Shown piece by piece: positions 46,832 through 55,876 of a DNA stretch of 64,000 nt. The notes beneath the pieces were generated by a model. The model made no database searches and had not been told where the DNA came from. It worked only from the letters and a program-made list of their open reading frames with translations. The DNA comes from an uncultured bacterium (GTDB lineage Bacteria > Edwardsbacteria > AC1 > EtOH8), in contig CAWAAX010000004.1 of assembly GCA_963780225.1 (NCBI GenBank), positions 128,001-192,000 on the forward strand, written 5' to 3'. Numbering within the stretch: the first letter of the stretch is position 1; each line of letters starts with the position of its first letter. A program made the position numbers and the translations under genes.

Positions 46832-48310
46832 GTGAATAGGAAGTATTTATATTTATTAGTACCGATCCTCATCATCGCCGGCTGCGGCAAACGCCTGCCT
46901 ACGATAGTGCAACAGGCGGCAAATAGTGTCCCGCGGCGGGTGGTGATGGAATTATTCACCGCTACCTGGTGCACCAATTGTCCGACTTCTGATGCTGCGC
47001 TGGAGAGGCTGGCCGAAGAGATGGGCGACTCATTAACGATCATCGAATATCATCCCTTAACCGATACCTTTGGCAATGCCGAATCGGAAGCCCGGGGGCA
47101 GTTTTACGGGGTGGATGCCTGGCCTACCATCTGGTGCGACGGATTGGCATCACAGGTGGGTACTACTCTGGACACCTACCAAAGCTATTTCGTATTGGCC
47201 CATAATCGAATTCTCTTAAATAGCCAAGTTAAAATTGATCTTACAGCAAGGATCGAGCAGGGGATACTGGGATATAGCGCAACCATACAGCCATTGGTTA
47301 AAACAACTTTAAACGATCCCAGGCTTTTGGTGCTGGTGCTGGAGGATTCTATATATTACAGTGCGCTTAATGGCCTAAAATTGCATCGTTTTGTCTGCCG
47401 GGACATAGTCCCGGACGCTTCCGGCCTTTCCCTAAATCTGGTTGTGGGGAATACCATTCTAAAACAGGGGAATATTCTAATAGACACTTTGAAGTGGCGG
47501 ACCGATCGTTTATGGTTGGCGGCGATCGTTCAGGATAATTTCAGTAAAGAGATATTACAGTCCGATTTTGTTAATTTATCGGAACCGGTTTGGGATTTTA
47601 CTCTAAGTTCGGGCGATACCGTAATAACAGCCGGATTGGATTCTACCGCCAGCTACAGCTTTAAGATCAAAAATACCGGCAATCAACCGGACACTTTTTG
47701 GCTGGACCTGCCGGACAGTCTATCCCTGCCCGGCGATCTCAACCGGGTTATAAGGGGTTCCTCGGGCGTACCATTGTCGCTGCCGTACCCATTGGCTCTT
47801 GATCCGGGAGATTCGGTGGCAAGTTTTACGGTGGAACTTAGTTCGTCAACGGTTGGCGATTTTCAAACGGCTTTGACAGTTCAATCAACCAAGCAACCAA
47901 CCACAATAAAAAGCGTTAATTTTTACCTAAAATCTGTCTTCATCGTTATCATAGATTTTTCCCTGACGGCAACGGATACCCTTCTGTCTGCCTCTGTTGG
48001 CGCCACAGCGGAATACCCGGTTACAATTAAAAATATTGGCAACCAATCAGACACCATTTGGCTTGATTTGCCGGATAGTTTGGTTGTACCATCCTCATTT
48101 TATGTTGCCCCTGCATTGTGCAATATATTAGGCCTTTGTTATTCAGTCCCATATAAAAAATATTTGGCGGCAGGTGATTCATTGACAAGTTTAGTGGTTC
48201 ATCTAACGCCAATAGTGGCCGGGCATTGCGAAGCTTCACTGACCCTGACCTCAAAAAAAGATCCGCTTTTGGTCCGCCGGCTCAGGCTACATTTGGAGGT
48301 GGCAAAATGA
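46832..48310 (+). CDS. Omp28-related lipoprotein with CxxC and two Ig-like repeats
   Basis: Lipobox IIAGC; ELFTATWCTNCP; repeated KNxGNQxDTxWLDLPDSL. Confidence 0.75.
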   Translation: MNRKYLYLLVPILIIAGCGKRLPTIVQQAANSVPRRVVMELFTATWCTNCPTSDAALERLAEEMGDSLTIIEYHPLTDTFGNAESEARGQFYGVDAWPTIWCDGLASQVGTTLDTYQSYFVLAHNRILLNSQVKIDLTARIEQGILGYSATIQPLVKTTLNDPRLLVLVLEDSIYYSALNGLKLHRFVCRDIVPDASGLSLNLVVGNTILKQGNILIDTLKWRTDRLWLAAIVQDNFSKEILQSDFVNLSEPVWDFTLSSGDTVITAGLDSTASYSFKIKNTGNQPDTFWLDLPDSLSLPGDLNRVIRGSSGVPLSLPYPLALDPGDSVASFTVELSSSTVGDFQTALTVQSTKQPTTIKSVNFYLKSVFIVIIDFSLTATDTLLSASVGATAEYPVTIKNIGNQSDTIWLDLPDSLVVPSSFYVAPALCNILGLCYSVPYKKYLAAGDSLTSLVVHLTPIVAGHCEASLTLTSKKDPLLVRRLRLHLEVAK

Positions 48311-49761
48311 AGAAGATCATTTTTATTATTATAGCGGTTTCGCTATTCACTCTGAATTCATTGGCCTGGAATCTTTCCGGCAGCAACCAGGCCGAGATGT
48401 GGATCTCCCAACCGGGATACAGTATGAGCTATAAGGAAATACTGGATATGCATCTCAAAGGGGCCATTGAAAACGGACTCGAAATAAAGGCCGGCCTGAG
48501 GTATCAGCAGGACGATGAAATATGGAACGATTCCACTGTGTTCAAAGGGATATCCAAGAAATATCTGGAGTTGCAAAAAGAGGAGATAAAATTAAGGCTG
48601 GGGAATTATTATGCCGCTTTGGGGCGGGGGATCATATTGAATTGCGTTAACGATAACCTGGTGAAGCTCGACCGGGAGCTTGAGGGCGCTACTTTTACCG
48701 GAGGCTTCAGGGAAATATTGGAAGTCAAAGCCCTGGCCGGCCAGGTGTTTGAAAATACCTCCCGGGTCGACAGCCGGAGCTATTACGGTGGAGAAATCAA
48801 GCTGACGCCATTCAGCAAATTGGATATCGGCGGCGCCTATTTGCGGGCCAATGCTTCCGACAGGCCCAAGGATATAAATTACAACAAACCGGCCGAGGAA
48901 TCCTTTGGGGGCAATGCCGGCCTAAGGATCTCCTCTTTAGAAATATACGGCGAATATGACGCCCGCCATACCTACGGCATACTGGATCCCACCCTGGGGT
49001 GGATCGGAGCGGATGATGTCAAAGGCAAAGGTTTTTATTCCTCCATTAGCTGGGCTGTATCCGGCATTGGAGTAGTGGTGGATTATAAAGATTACAAGAA
49101 TATGAACAGTTTGGTCAACGCCCCGCCCACTTGCAACAGGGATGGAAGACTGCTGAATCAGGCGGCTGATGAGCAAGGATTACAGATAGATTTTACGGTT
49201 TCCCCCTGGGAATTCATGGAAATGCATGGCAACTATTCAACGGCTGAGACTGATAATAACGGCTCAAAATGGGAGGATACCTATTTTGAAGGGCGTTGGG
49301 AAGTGTCTGCTAAATTAGTGGTCAGAGCTGAGGCCAGGGCCAGGACAGAGGATTCCCTGGAAACCGAAGTCATCAGAAGAAAATATAAAGGCGGCGGAGT
49401 GGAAGGTAAGTGGCTATACGGCGAGCAAAAAGCTTTAACCTTGAGGGTTGAAGGAGACAGGTTCAATAATTTGTATATTTCCGGACCGATGCAATTTAAT
49501 GAAATAAGGGCCGGGTTAAGCTGGGTCCCGTTTGGATTCATCAATGTTTACGGCCAGATGGAGGTTTCGGATAAAAGGTTGCCGGAATATGAAAACCAGC
49601 AGAGGTGGGGACGGGCCGGAACCACCATTAGCATTGGACAGACGCAGAAGCTGGATATGTCCATAGGCCAAAACAAAGGCGGGTTGGTCTGTTCCGGGGG
49701 CTTCTGCCGTTATGAGCCGCCTTTCCGGGGAATGAAGGTCTCTTACCAATTGAGTTTTTAA
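48307..49761 (+). CDS. outer-membrane beta-barrel, DUF6029-like
   Basis: GNYYAALGRG, GGLVCSGGFCRYEPPFRG, C-terminal Phe. Confidence 0.7.
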   Translation: MKKIIFIIIAVSLFTLNSLAWNLSGSNQAEMWISQPGYSMSYKEILDMHLKGAIENGLEIKAGLRYQQDDEIWNDSTVFKGISKKYLELQKEEIKLRLGNYYAALGRGIILNCVNDNLVKLDRELEGATFTGGFREILEVKALAGQVFENTSRVDSRSYYGGEIKLTPFSKLDIGGAYLRANASDRPKDINYNKPAEESFGGNAGLRISSLEIYGEYDARHTYGILDPTLGWIGADDVKGKGFYSSISWAVSGIGVVVDYKDYKNMNSLVNAPPTCNRDGRLLNQAADEQGLQIDFTVSPWEFMEMHGNYSTAETDNNGSKWEDTYFEGRWEVSAKLVVRAEARARTEDSLETEVIRRKYKGGGVEGKWLYGEQKALTLRVEGDRFNNLYISGPMQFNEIRAGLSWVPFGFINVYGQMEVSDKRLPEYENQQRWGRAGTTISIGQTQKLDMSIGQNKGGLVCSGGFCRYEPPFRGMKVSYQLSF

Positions 49762-49792
49762 CAGTCTTTTTCAATAAAACAACAGGAGCTTG

Positions 49793-50863
49793 ATGAAAAA
49801 TCTTTACGCCGTAATTTTGGCCGGCGGCCGGGGGGAAAGGTTTTGGCCCAAAAGCCGCAGCAATATGCCCAAGCAATTATTGACCCTGACCGGCCAAAGC
49901 TCAATGCTGGCCGAGACCCTGAACCGGGTGGGGTCATTAGTGCCGGTGGAGCGGCAGTGGGTGGTAACCGGTGAGGATTTGGTGAAATCAATAGAGAAGA
50001 TAGGCATTGTTGGACCCAAGCTGGTCGGCGAGCCGGCTGGCCGCAATACTGCCCCGGCCATCGCGGTGGCCGCCGCCGAGATCGCCAAGGAAAACCCAGA
50101 GGCGGTGATGATGGTGCTGCCGTCCGACCACTTTATCAAAGATGTGCCCAAGTTCCAGCAGGCGTTGGAACAGGGAGCGGTTTTAGCCCGGCTGGAATAT
50201 CTGGTAACCATAGGCATCACGCCGGACCGGCCCGAGACCGGTTACGGATACATAGAACGGGGAGAGATGCTTCCCGGCTGCAGCATTCCCTGTTTTGTGG
50301 TTAAAAGTTTCAGGGAAAAACCGGATTCTCTCACGGCCAATAAATTTCTCAAAAGCGGTTATTTCTACTGGAACGGAGGGATATTCGTCTGGAAAGTTAA
50401 AACCATTCTCGAGCAAATTGAAAAACATCTGCCGGAATTGTATAAAAAACTGAAGACTTGGCAGAAGGCCGGGGGTTTAAGCGCCGGCCCGGAAATATTC
50501 GCCGAATTTTACCGGGAAGTGGAAAAAACATCCATCGACTACGGGGTGATGGAAAAAGCGGAGAAGGTAGTGGTGATCAAAGGCGACTTCGGCTGGGACG
50601 ATCTAGGTTCGTGGGAGGCAGTGGAGCGCTTTCACCCCCGGGACCAGCACCAAAATGTGCTGGTGGGCAACTGTCTGGCCATAGAGTCCCAGAACAATCT
50701 GGTCTACAGCGACGATGGGATGGTGGCGGCGCTGGGGCTCAAGGATATCATCATCGTCCAATCTCAGGGAGCGGTGCTGGTCTGTCACCGTTCCAAAGTG
50801 CAGGAGGTGCGCAAGGTCATTGAAGAATTGAAAAAGCAGCCCAACGGGAAAAAGTACCTTTAA
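49793..50863 (+). CDS. manC: mannose-1-phosphate guanylyltransferase
   Basis: ILAGGRGERFWPKSR, EPAGRNTAPA, PETGYGYI, WDDLGSW. Confidence 0.93.
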   Translation: MKNLYAVILAGGRGERFWPKSRSNMPKQLLTLTGQSSMLAETLNRVGSLVPVERQWVVTGEDLVKSIEKIGIVGPKLVGEPAGRNTAPAIAVAAAEIAKENPEAVMMVLPSDHFIKDVPKFQQALEQGAVLARLEYLVTIGITPDRPETGYGYIERGEMLPGCSIPCFVVKSFREKPDSLTANKFLKSGYFYWNGGIFVWKVKTILEQIEKHLPELYKKLKTWQKAGGLSAGPEIFAEFYREVEKTSIDYGVMEKAEKVVVIKGDFGWDDLGSWEAVERFHPRDQHQNVLVGNCLAIESQNNLVYSDDGMVAALGLKDIIIVQSQGAVLVCHRSKVQEVRKVIEELKKQPNGKKYL

Positions 50864-50986
50864 ATAGCTATCGTCACCCTAGGTAAGACAGAATTTACGG
50901 GATTTTGTTCCGGGCCAGAATCACGATAAAATTTATTCCCAGAATATTCACCTATTCGCATTTTTACACAGGAGGTCTGTTCAGTA

Positions 50987-51460
50987 ATGAAAAACAAAAT
51001 TCTTTTGGCTGCGGCCCTGCCCCTGCTGTTGACCGGGTGTTTTGGCAATAAACAGGAAACCCAAAAGCCTTTGGTGGAACCGGTGGCTGAAGCCCCGGCT
51101 AAAACGCCTTTTCCGGAACAGCCGGCAGTTGCCGCCCCGGCGCCCCAGTCTGAAGCCCCGGCCCCGCAGGACAACTCCGGCATGTTAGTCCCCTCCGGCA
51201 GCAAGGGCCCGGTACAGCAGGTCTACGGATGGCGGGTCCAGCTCTTCGTCTCCGGCTCCATCGAGAACGCCCGCCGGGTGGCCGAGGAAGCCCGCTGGAA
51301 GTTCAAGGACCAGCAGATATACATTGCCGAAGCACTGCCCTATTACAAGGTGCAGGCCGGAAACTGCCTGACCCGGCAGGATGCCGACAACCTCAAGGCC
51401 CGGGCAAAGGCCTTGGGCTACCAGGGATCGTTCGTAGTGGAGATGGACCTGACCCGCTGA
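50987..51460 (+). CDS. SPOR-domain lipoprotein
   Basis: Lipobox LTGC, Pro/Ala linker, GWRVQL...YYKVQAG. Confidence 0.82.
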   Translation: MKNKILLAAALPLLLTGCFGNKQETQKPLVEPVAEAPAKTPFPEQPAVAAPAPQSEAPAPQDNSGMLVPSGSKGPVQQVYGWRVQLFVSGSIENARRVAEEARWKFKDQQIYIAEALPYYKVQAGNCLTRQDADNLKARAKALGYQGSFVVEMDLTR

Positions 51461-51496
51461 TGCCCGGCAATGTAAAGAATAATTTATAAGGAACCC

Positions 51497-53563
51497 ATGA
51501 AACCAAGAAAAAATTCCTGCCATTCCTGGTTTCCTTATAGTATCCGGCTTATCCGGATCAGGAACTACGCACTACTTTTGCTGGTCATTCTGTTAATGGC
51601 CGGCCAGGCCTTCTGTCAGATGACCCTGAAGAAAGCCGCCGATCCCATGGGACAGGATGTTTCCGGGGACCGGCAGGTGGTGGTGGCCGGGAGGGCGGCC
51701 GCCCAGCCTTTGGTGGTCCAGGTCACCAATGCCAAAGGGGAACCGCTGTCCGGTGTCAAAGTTCTGTTCGATGTGGCCGGGGGCCAGGCGGCCCGGCTGG
51801 ACAGCGCCCAGGCCAGGACCGATGTCCAGGGCTATGCCCGGTGCCGGGCGACCTCCAATACCGGACCCCAGCCGGTCTACATCAACGCCTGGCTGGCCGC
51901 CGGTCCGGAGCAGAGGGTGACCTTTACACTGCACTCTTTCCTGCCCCATTGGTGGCTGTTCGCATTATTAGGTTCGCTGGGCGGAGTGGCCCTGTTCCTG
52001 TTCGGCCTTCGCTTCAGTTCCCGGGGCCTGCAGAAGGCGGCCGGGGTCAAGTTAAAGCAGATGCTGTGGAGCCTGACCGACAACAGCCTGATGGGGATGG
52101 GGGTGGGGGCCCTGGTGACGGTGATCATCCAGTCGTCCACCGCCACCACCGTGATGCTGGTCTCGCTGACCAACGCCGGCCTGATCGGCCTGCGCCAGGT
52201 GCTGGGGGTGATCCTGGGGGCCGACATCGGCACCACCGTCACCGTCCAGCTGATAGCCTTCAAACTGTCTGACTATTCCCTGATCCTGGTGGCGGCAGGG
52301 TTTTTTCTGATGACCATCGCCGGAAAACGGGCCTGGCGCTATTATCCCCAGATCATATTCGGAGCCGGGCTGATATTCTTCGGGCTTAAACTTACCTCCG
52401 AGGCCATAGCTCCGTTAAAAGTTTTGCCCTGGTTCACCCAGATGTTCCTGCACCTGGACGGCCGTCCGCTGCTGGGAGTCCTAATCGGCACGGCCTTCAC
52501 CTTGCTGGTCCACTCCAGCGCCGCCACCATCGGAATACTATTGACCCTGGCCTTTCAGGGCCTGATCCCGCTGCCGGCCGCCATTCCGGTGATCATCGGG
52601 GCCAACATCGGCACCTGCGGCAGCGCCCTGGTCGCCGCCTGGGGCCAGACCAAGGAGGCGGTGCTGGTGGCCTGGGGCCATACCATTTTCAAAGTGGGGG
52701 CCGGGCTGCTGGCCTTCGTCCTGATAAACCCATTCACTGCCCTGGTGCTCCGGATGGGAGGGGAGCCGGCCCGGCAGATCGCCAACGCCCACACTCTGTT
52801 CAACCTGGCGGCGGCTTTGATCTTCCTGCCCTTTCTGGTGCCTTACGAAAAACTGCTGCGGCGGATAGTCCCCAATCAGCTGGACCGTCAAAAAGCTTTT
52901 GGGCCGAAGTATCTGGACGAACGGGTACTGGAAACCCCGTCTTTAGCCATCGGACAGGTCTCCCAGGAGATATTGCGGATGGCCGACATAGTCAAGGCGA
53001 TGCTGGGCCGTTCCATGGAAGCTATCGAGAAGAATGACACCCAACTGCAGCAGCAGCTGGTGGACGACGACGACAAAGTGGACCTGCTGGAGGAGGCCAT
53101 CACGCCCTATGTGGCCAAAATAGCCCAACAGGAACTTTCTGGCGATCAGTCAAACCGGGGGATCAAACTTTTATATGTGGTAAACAACCTGGAGCACATC
53201 GGAGACGTGATCAGCAAGAACATCATGGGTCATGTCCGGAAAAAGATCGATGGACATCTGGCCTTTTCCCAGGAGGGCCTTTGTGATCTGCGGGAGATCC
53301 ACCGCCAGACTATGACCACCTTGGACATCGCCATCGGTGCCTTTGCCGCCAATGATACTGGCTTGGCCCGCCAGGCCCTGGAGCGCAAGGATCTGGTCTA
53401 TGCCCTGGAAAGGGAGTTGTATAAAAAACATCTGGACCGGCTTCAAAAGGGCTTGAAGGAATCCAGGGAGACCAGCACCATTCATCTGGACCTGCTGAGC
53501 GATTTTGAAAGAATAAACTTCAACGCCAGCCAGATGGGGGCTTCCATTCTGCCCAAGGAATAA
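51497..53563 (+). CDS. Na/Pi cotransporter with an N-terminal Big-1-like domain and C-terminal PhoU domains
   Basis: QSSTATT, GADIGTT, HSSAAT, GANIGT, LEHIGD; N-terminal SGDRQ...PLVVQVT...TDVQG. Confidence 0.88.
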   Translation: MKPRKNSCHSWFPYSIRLIRIRNYALLLLVILLMAGQAFCQMTLKKAADPMGQDVSGDRQVVVAGRAAAQPLVVQVTNAKGEPLSGVKVLFDVAGGQAARLDSAQARTDVQGYARCRATSNTGPQPVYINAWLAAGPEQRVTFTLHSFLPHWWLFALLGSLGGVALFLFGLRFSSRGLQKAAGVKLKQMLWSLTDNSLMGMGVGALVTVIIQSSTATTVMLVSLTNAGLIGLRQVLGVILGADIGTTVTVQLIAFKLSDYSLILVAAGFFLMTIAGKRAWRYYPQIIFGAGLIFFGLKLTSEAIAPLKVLPWFTQMFLHLDGRPLLGVLIGTAFTLLVHSSAATIGILLTLAFQGLIPLPAAIPVIIGANIGTCGSALVAAWGQTKEAVLVAWGHTIFKVGAGLLAFVLINPFTALVLRMGGEPARQIANAHTLFNLAAALIFLPFLVPYEKLLRRIVPNQLDRQKAFGPKYLDERVLETPSLAIGQVSQEILRMADIVKAMLGRSMEAIEKNDTQLQQQLVDDDDKVDLLEEAITPYVAKIAQQELSGDQSNRGIKLLYVVNNLEHIGDVISKNIMGHVRKKIDGHLAFSQEGLCDLREIHRQTMTTLDIAIGAFAANDTGLARQALERKDLVYALERELYKKHLDRLQKGLKESRETSTIHLDLLSDFERINFNASQMGASILPKE

Positions 53564-53624
53564 TTGAAAAATTTAAACCGATAGATCTCACGAAAAATAA
53601 ATTCACCAGCCATATGGAGGGATT

Positions 53625-53927
53625 ATGCCCAAACTGACCAATTACATGGAACGGATTGTCAAGGAAGAACTTTCCCGGGTGATGCTTTCCCGTCCCGGCA
53701 TTTGCTGCTGCCGGGTCTGCCAGCTGGACGTGATGGCCCTGGCCCTGAACCAGCTGCCTTCGCAGTACGTGGTCAGCGAAGGGGGGCATATCCATACCAT
53801 GGTCAACATGGCCCACGACCAGTTCAAGACCCAGGTGCTGGTGGCTATAGTCAACGCCATCAACTCGGTCAGCACTCATCCCCGGCACAAGCTGAAAAAG
53901 GGCCTGAATACTGTCACTCGGCACTAA
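53625..53927 (+). CDS. ComFB-family protein
   Basis: NYME, CCCRVCQLDVMALALNQLPSQYV, HPRH. Confidence 0.88.
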   Translation: MPKLTNYMERIVKEELSRVMLSRPGICCCRVCQLDVMALALNQLPSQYVVSEGGHIHTMVNMAHDQFKTQVLVAIVNAINSVSTHPRHKLKKGLNTVTRH

Positions 53928-53981
53928 AGACAGTCCAGGCAGATGAATAAACAGATTATTTACCTCGCATACCGCTGATCT

Positions 53982-54013
53982 AATGGGTGCGGAAACGCAC
54001 CCATTATTGTTTT
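53982..54013 (+). terminator. intrinsic terminator
   Basis: AATGGGTGCG/CGCACCCATT followed by a T-rich tail. Confidence 0.7.
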
Positions 54014-54030
54014 AGCAGAAGGATACGGAT

Positions 54031-55392
54031 TTGGACCGCTCTCAGGAACTAGAGCAGACCCCGGTGGGGAAACTGCTCTGGAAATATTTCGTGCCGGCCA
54101 TCATCGGAGTGATGGCCAATACCATCTACAACATAGTCGACCGGATCTACATTGGCCGGGGAGTGGGGGCCTTGGCCCTTTCCGGCTTAAGCGTTACCTT
54201 TCCCATCATGATCATCGCCATGGCCTTCGGGATGCTGGTGGGAATGGGGGCTTCCTCGCTGGTCTCCATACGCTTGGGCCAGCAGAACAAGGGCGAGGCC
54301 GAAAAGATACTGGGCAATGCCTTCATGCTGCTGCTGATGATTTCCCTGGCCGTTACTGTTTCCGGCCTGCTGGCCCGGGACCGGGTACTGGCTCTGTTCG
54401 GGGCCGGCCCCGATACCATCGGCTATGCCCGGCAGTATATCACCATCATCCTGTGGGGGAATATTTTCCAGGGGATCGGTTTCGGGATGAACGGTATCAT
54501 CCGGGCCGAAGGCAATGCCAAAATAGCCATGTACACCATGCTCCTGGGGGCGGTCATGAACATCGTGCTGGACCCGCTGTTCATCTTCGTCTTCAAGATG
54601 GGGGTCAGCGGGGCGGCCATCGCCACGGTGATCTCCATGGCCGCCACCAGCCTTTGGGTGCTGATGCACTTTACCGGTAGCAAAAGCGCCCTGCGTTTGA
54701 AGCCGGCCAATTTTAAACTTCAGCGGGGCATAGTGCTGGGGATCCTGTCCATCGGGATGGCGCCCTTCGCCATGCAGCTGGCCGGCAGCGTCATCAGCAC
54801 CCTGTTCAACATCCAGCTGATCAGGTACGGCGGCGACCTGGCGGTGGGGGCCATGGGCATAATCAACAGCGTGGCCATGATGGTGGTCTTCTGCGTCATC
54901 GCCCTCAACATGGCGGCCCAGCCGATCATCGGCTACAATTACGGGGCCGGCCGGCACTCCCGGGTAAAGCGGACACTGAAGATCTCCATCATCGCGGCCA
55001 CAGTCATCACCACGGCCGGATTCCTGGCGGTGGAGATATTTCCCCAGGCCATCATCGGGCTGTTCAACCGGGACGACCGGCAATTGATGGAGCTGGGAAC
55101 CAGGGGAATGCGGATATTGCTGGCCATGTTCCCGGTGGTGGGTTTTCAGGTGGTCAGCGGAAATTTCTTTCAGGCCATCGGCCAGGCCCGGACCTCCCTG
55201 TTCCTCAACCTGCTCCGGCAGGTGATAGTGCTGATCCCCCTGATCCTGATCCTGCCCCCGGTATTCGGGATAGACGGGATCTGGGTCTCCGGCCCGGCGG
55301 CCGACCTCATTTCCGCGGTCATCACCGCAGTGATGATCGTCCGGGAGGTCAAAAAACTGAGGGTTCCGGATCTGGCTGTCAACGGCGGGTGA
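54031..55392 (+). CDS. MATE efflux transporter, MepA-like
   Basis: YNIVDRIYIG, NIVLDPLFIF, QPIIGYNYGA. Confidence 0.92.
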   Translation: MDRSQELEQTPVGKLLWKYFVPAIIGVMANTIYNIVDRIYIGRGVGALALSGLSVTFPIMIIAMAFGMLVGMGASSLVSIRLGQQNKGEAEKILGNAFMLLLMISLAVTVSGLLARDRVLALFGAGPDTIGYARQYITIILWGNIFQGIGFGMNGIIRAEGNAKIAMYTMLLGAVMNIVLDPLFIFVFKMGVSGAAIATVISMAATSLWVLMHFTGSKSALRLKPANFKLQRGIVLGILSIGMAPFAMQLAGSVISTLFNIQLIRYGGDLAVGAMGIINSVAMMVVFCVIALNMAAQPIIGYNYGAGRHSRVKRTLKISIIAATVITTAGFLAVEIFPQAIIGLFNRDDRQLMELGTRGMRILLAMFPVVGFQVVSGNFFQAIGQARTSLFLNLLRQVIVLIPLILILPPVFGIDGIWVSGPAADLISAVITAVMIVREVKKLRVPDLAVNGG

Positions 55393-55425
55393 AGCAGCGG
55401 GCGGCATAATTTTGTCTTAAAACTG

Positions 55426-55454
55426 TTGACAAACAGTGAAAATTACAGTATTAT
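55426..55454 (+). promoter_or_regulatory. sigma70 promoter
   Basis: TTGACA-N17-TATTAT. Confidence 0.7.
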
Positions 55455-55533
55455 CTTTTTAACCCCCTTTCCCGGCGGCCCTGGTCCGCCTCGGTCCGGG
55501 CAAGGGAGCAACCAACATTTACGGAAGAGGTCC

Positions 55534-55872
55534 ATGACTTATTTTAAAAGCTACATCAAAAACAAGATAGTGCCCCAAAAGTGCTGGGATGACATCTTTG
55601 AACTGCTGGCCAGCGTCAGCAGTCCCGATGTGGAGGACTGGCTGGAGGAGCGGGGGCAGAGCGGCTTTACCATCGAGGAGTTCATATATTTCCTAAATTC
55701 GCTGGACGAGGAAGAGATACAGGACTGGCTGTGGGAACACCGGGATGATTTCTCGGCGGTGCTCTCCCGCCCATCGTTCAATTTTGACGACAGCCGGATG
55801 GTGGACTCCAACAATCGCTGGTGCAACGTGCTGTTCCTTTCGGCCAATAAAAGATCTGATATCAAGGAGTAA
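55534..55872 (+). CDS. hypothetical acidic protein (112 aa)
   Basis: GAGG RBS, host-like codons, fills the gap between the promoter and the porV-like gene. Confidence 0.7.
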   Translation: MTYFKSYIKNKIVPQKCWDDIFELLASVSSPDVEDWLEERGQSGFTIEEFIYFLNSLDEEEIQDWLWEHRDDFSAVLSRPSFNFDDSRMVDSNNRWCNVLFLSANKRSDIKE

Positions 55873-55876
55873 AGTC

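Noticed and set aside
44233..49761. Selenocysteine or stop readthrough in the CxxC cluster
   Set aside because: All redox motifs use TGY codons, and the ORF breaks are frame changes rather than in-frame TGA
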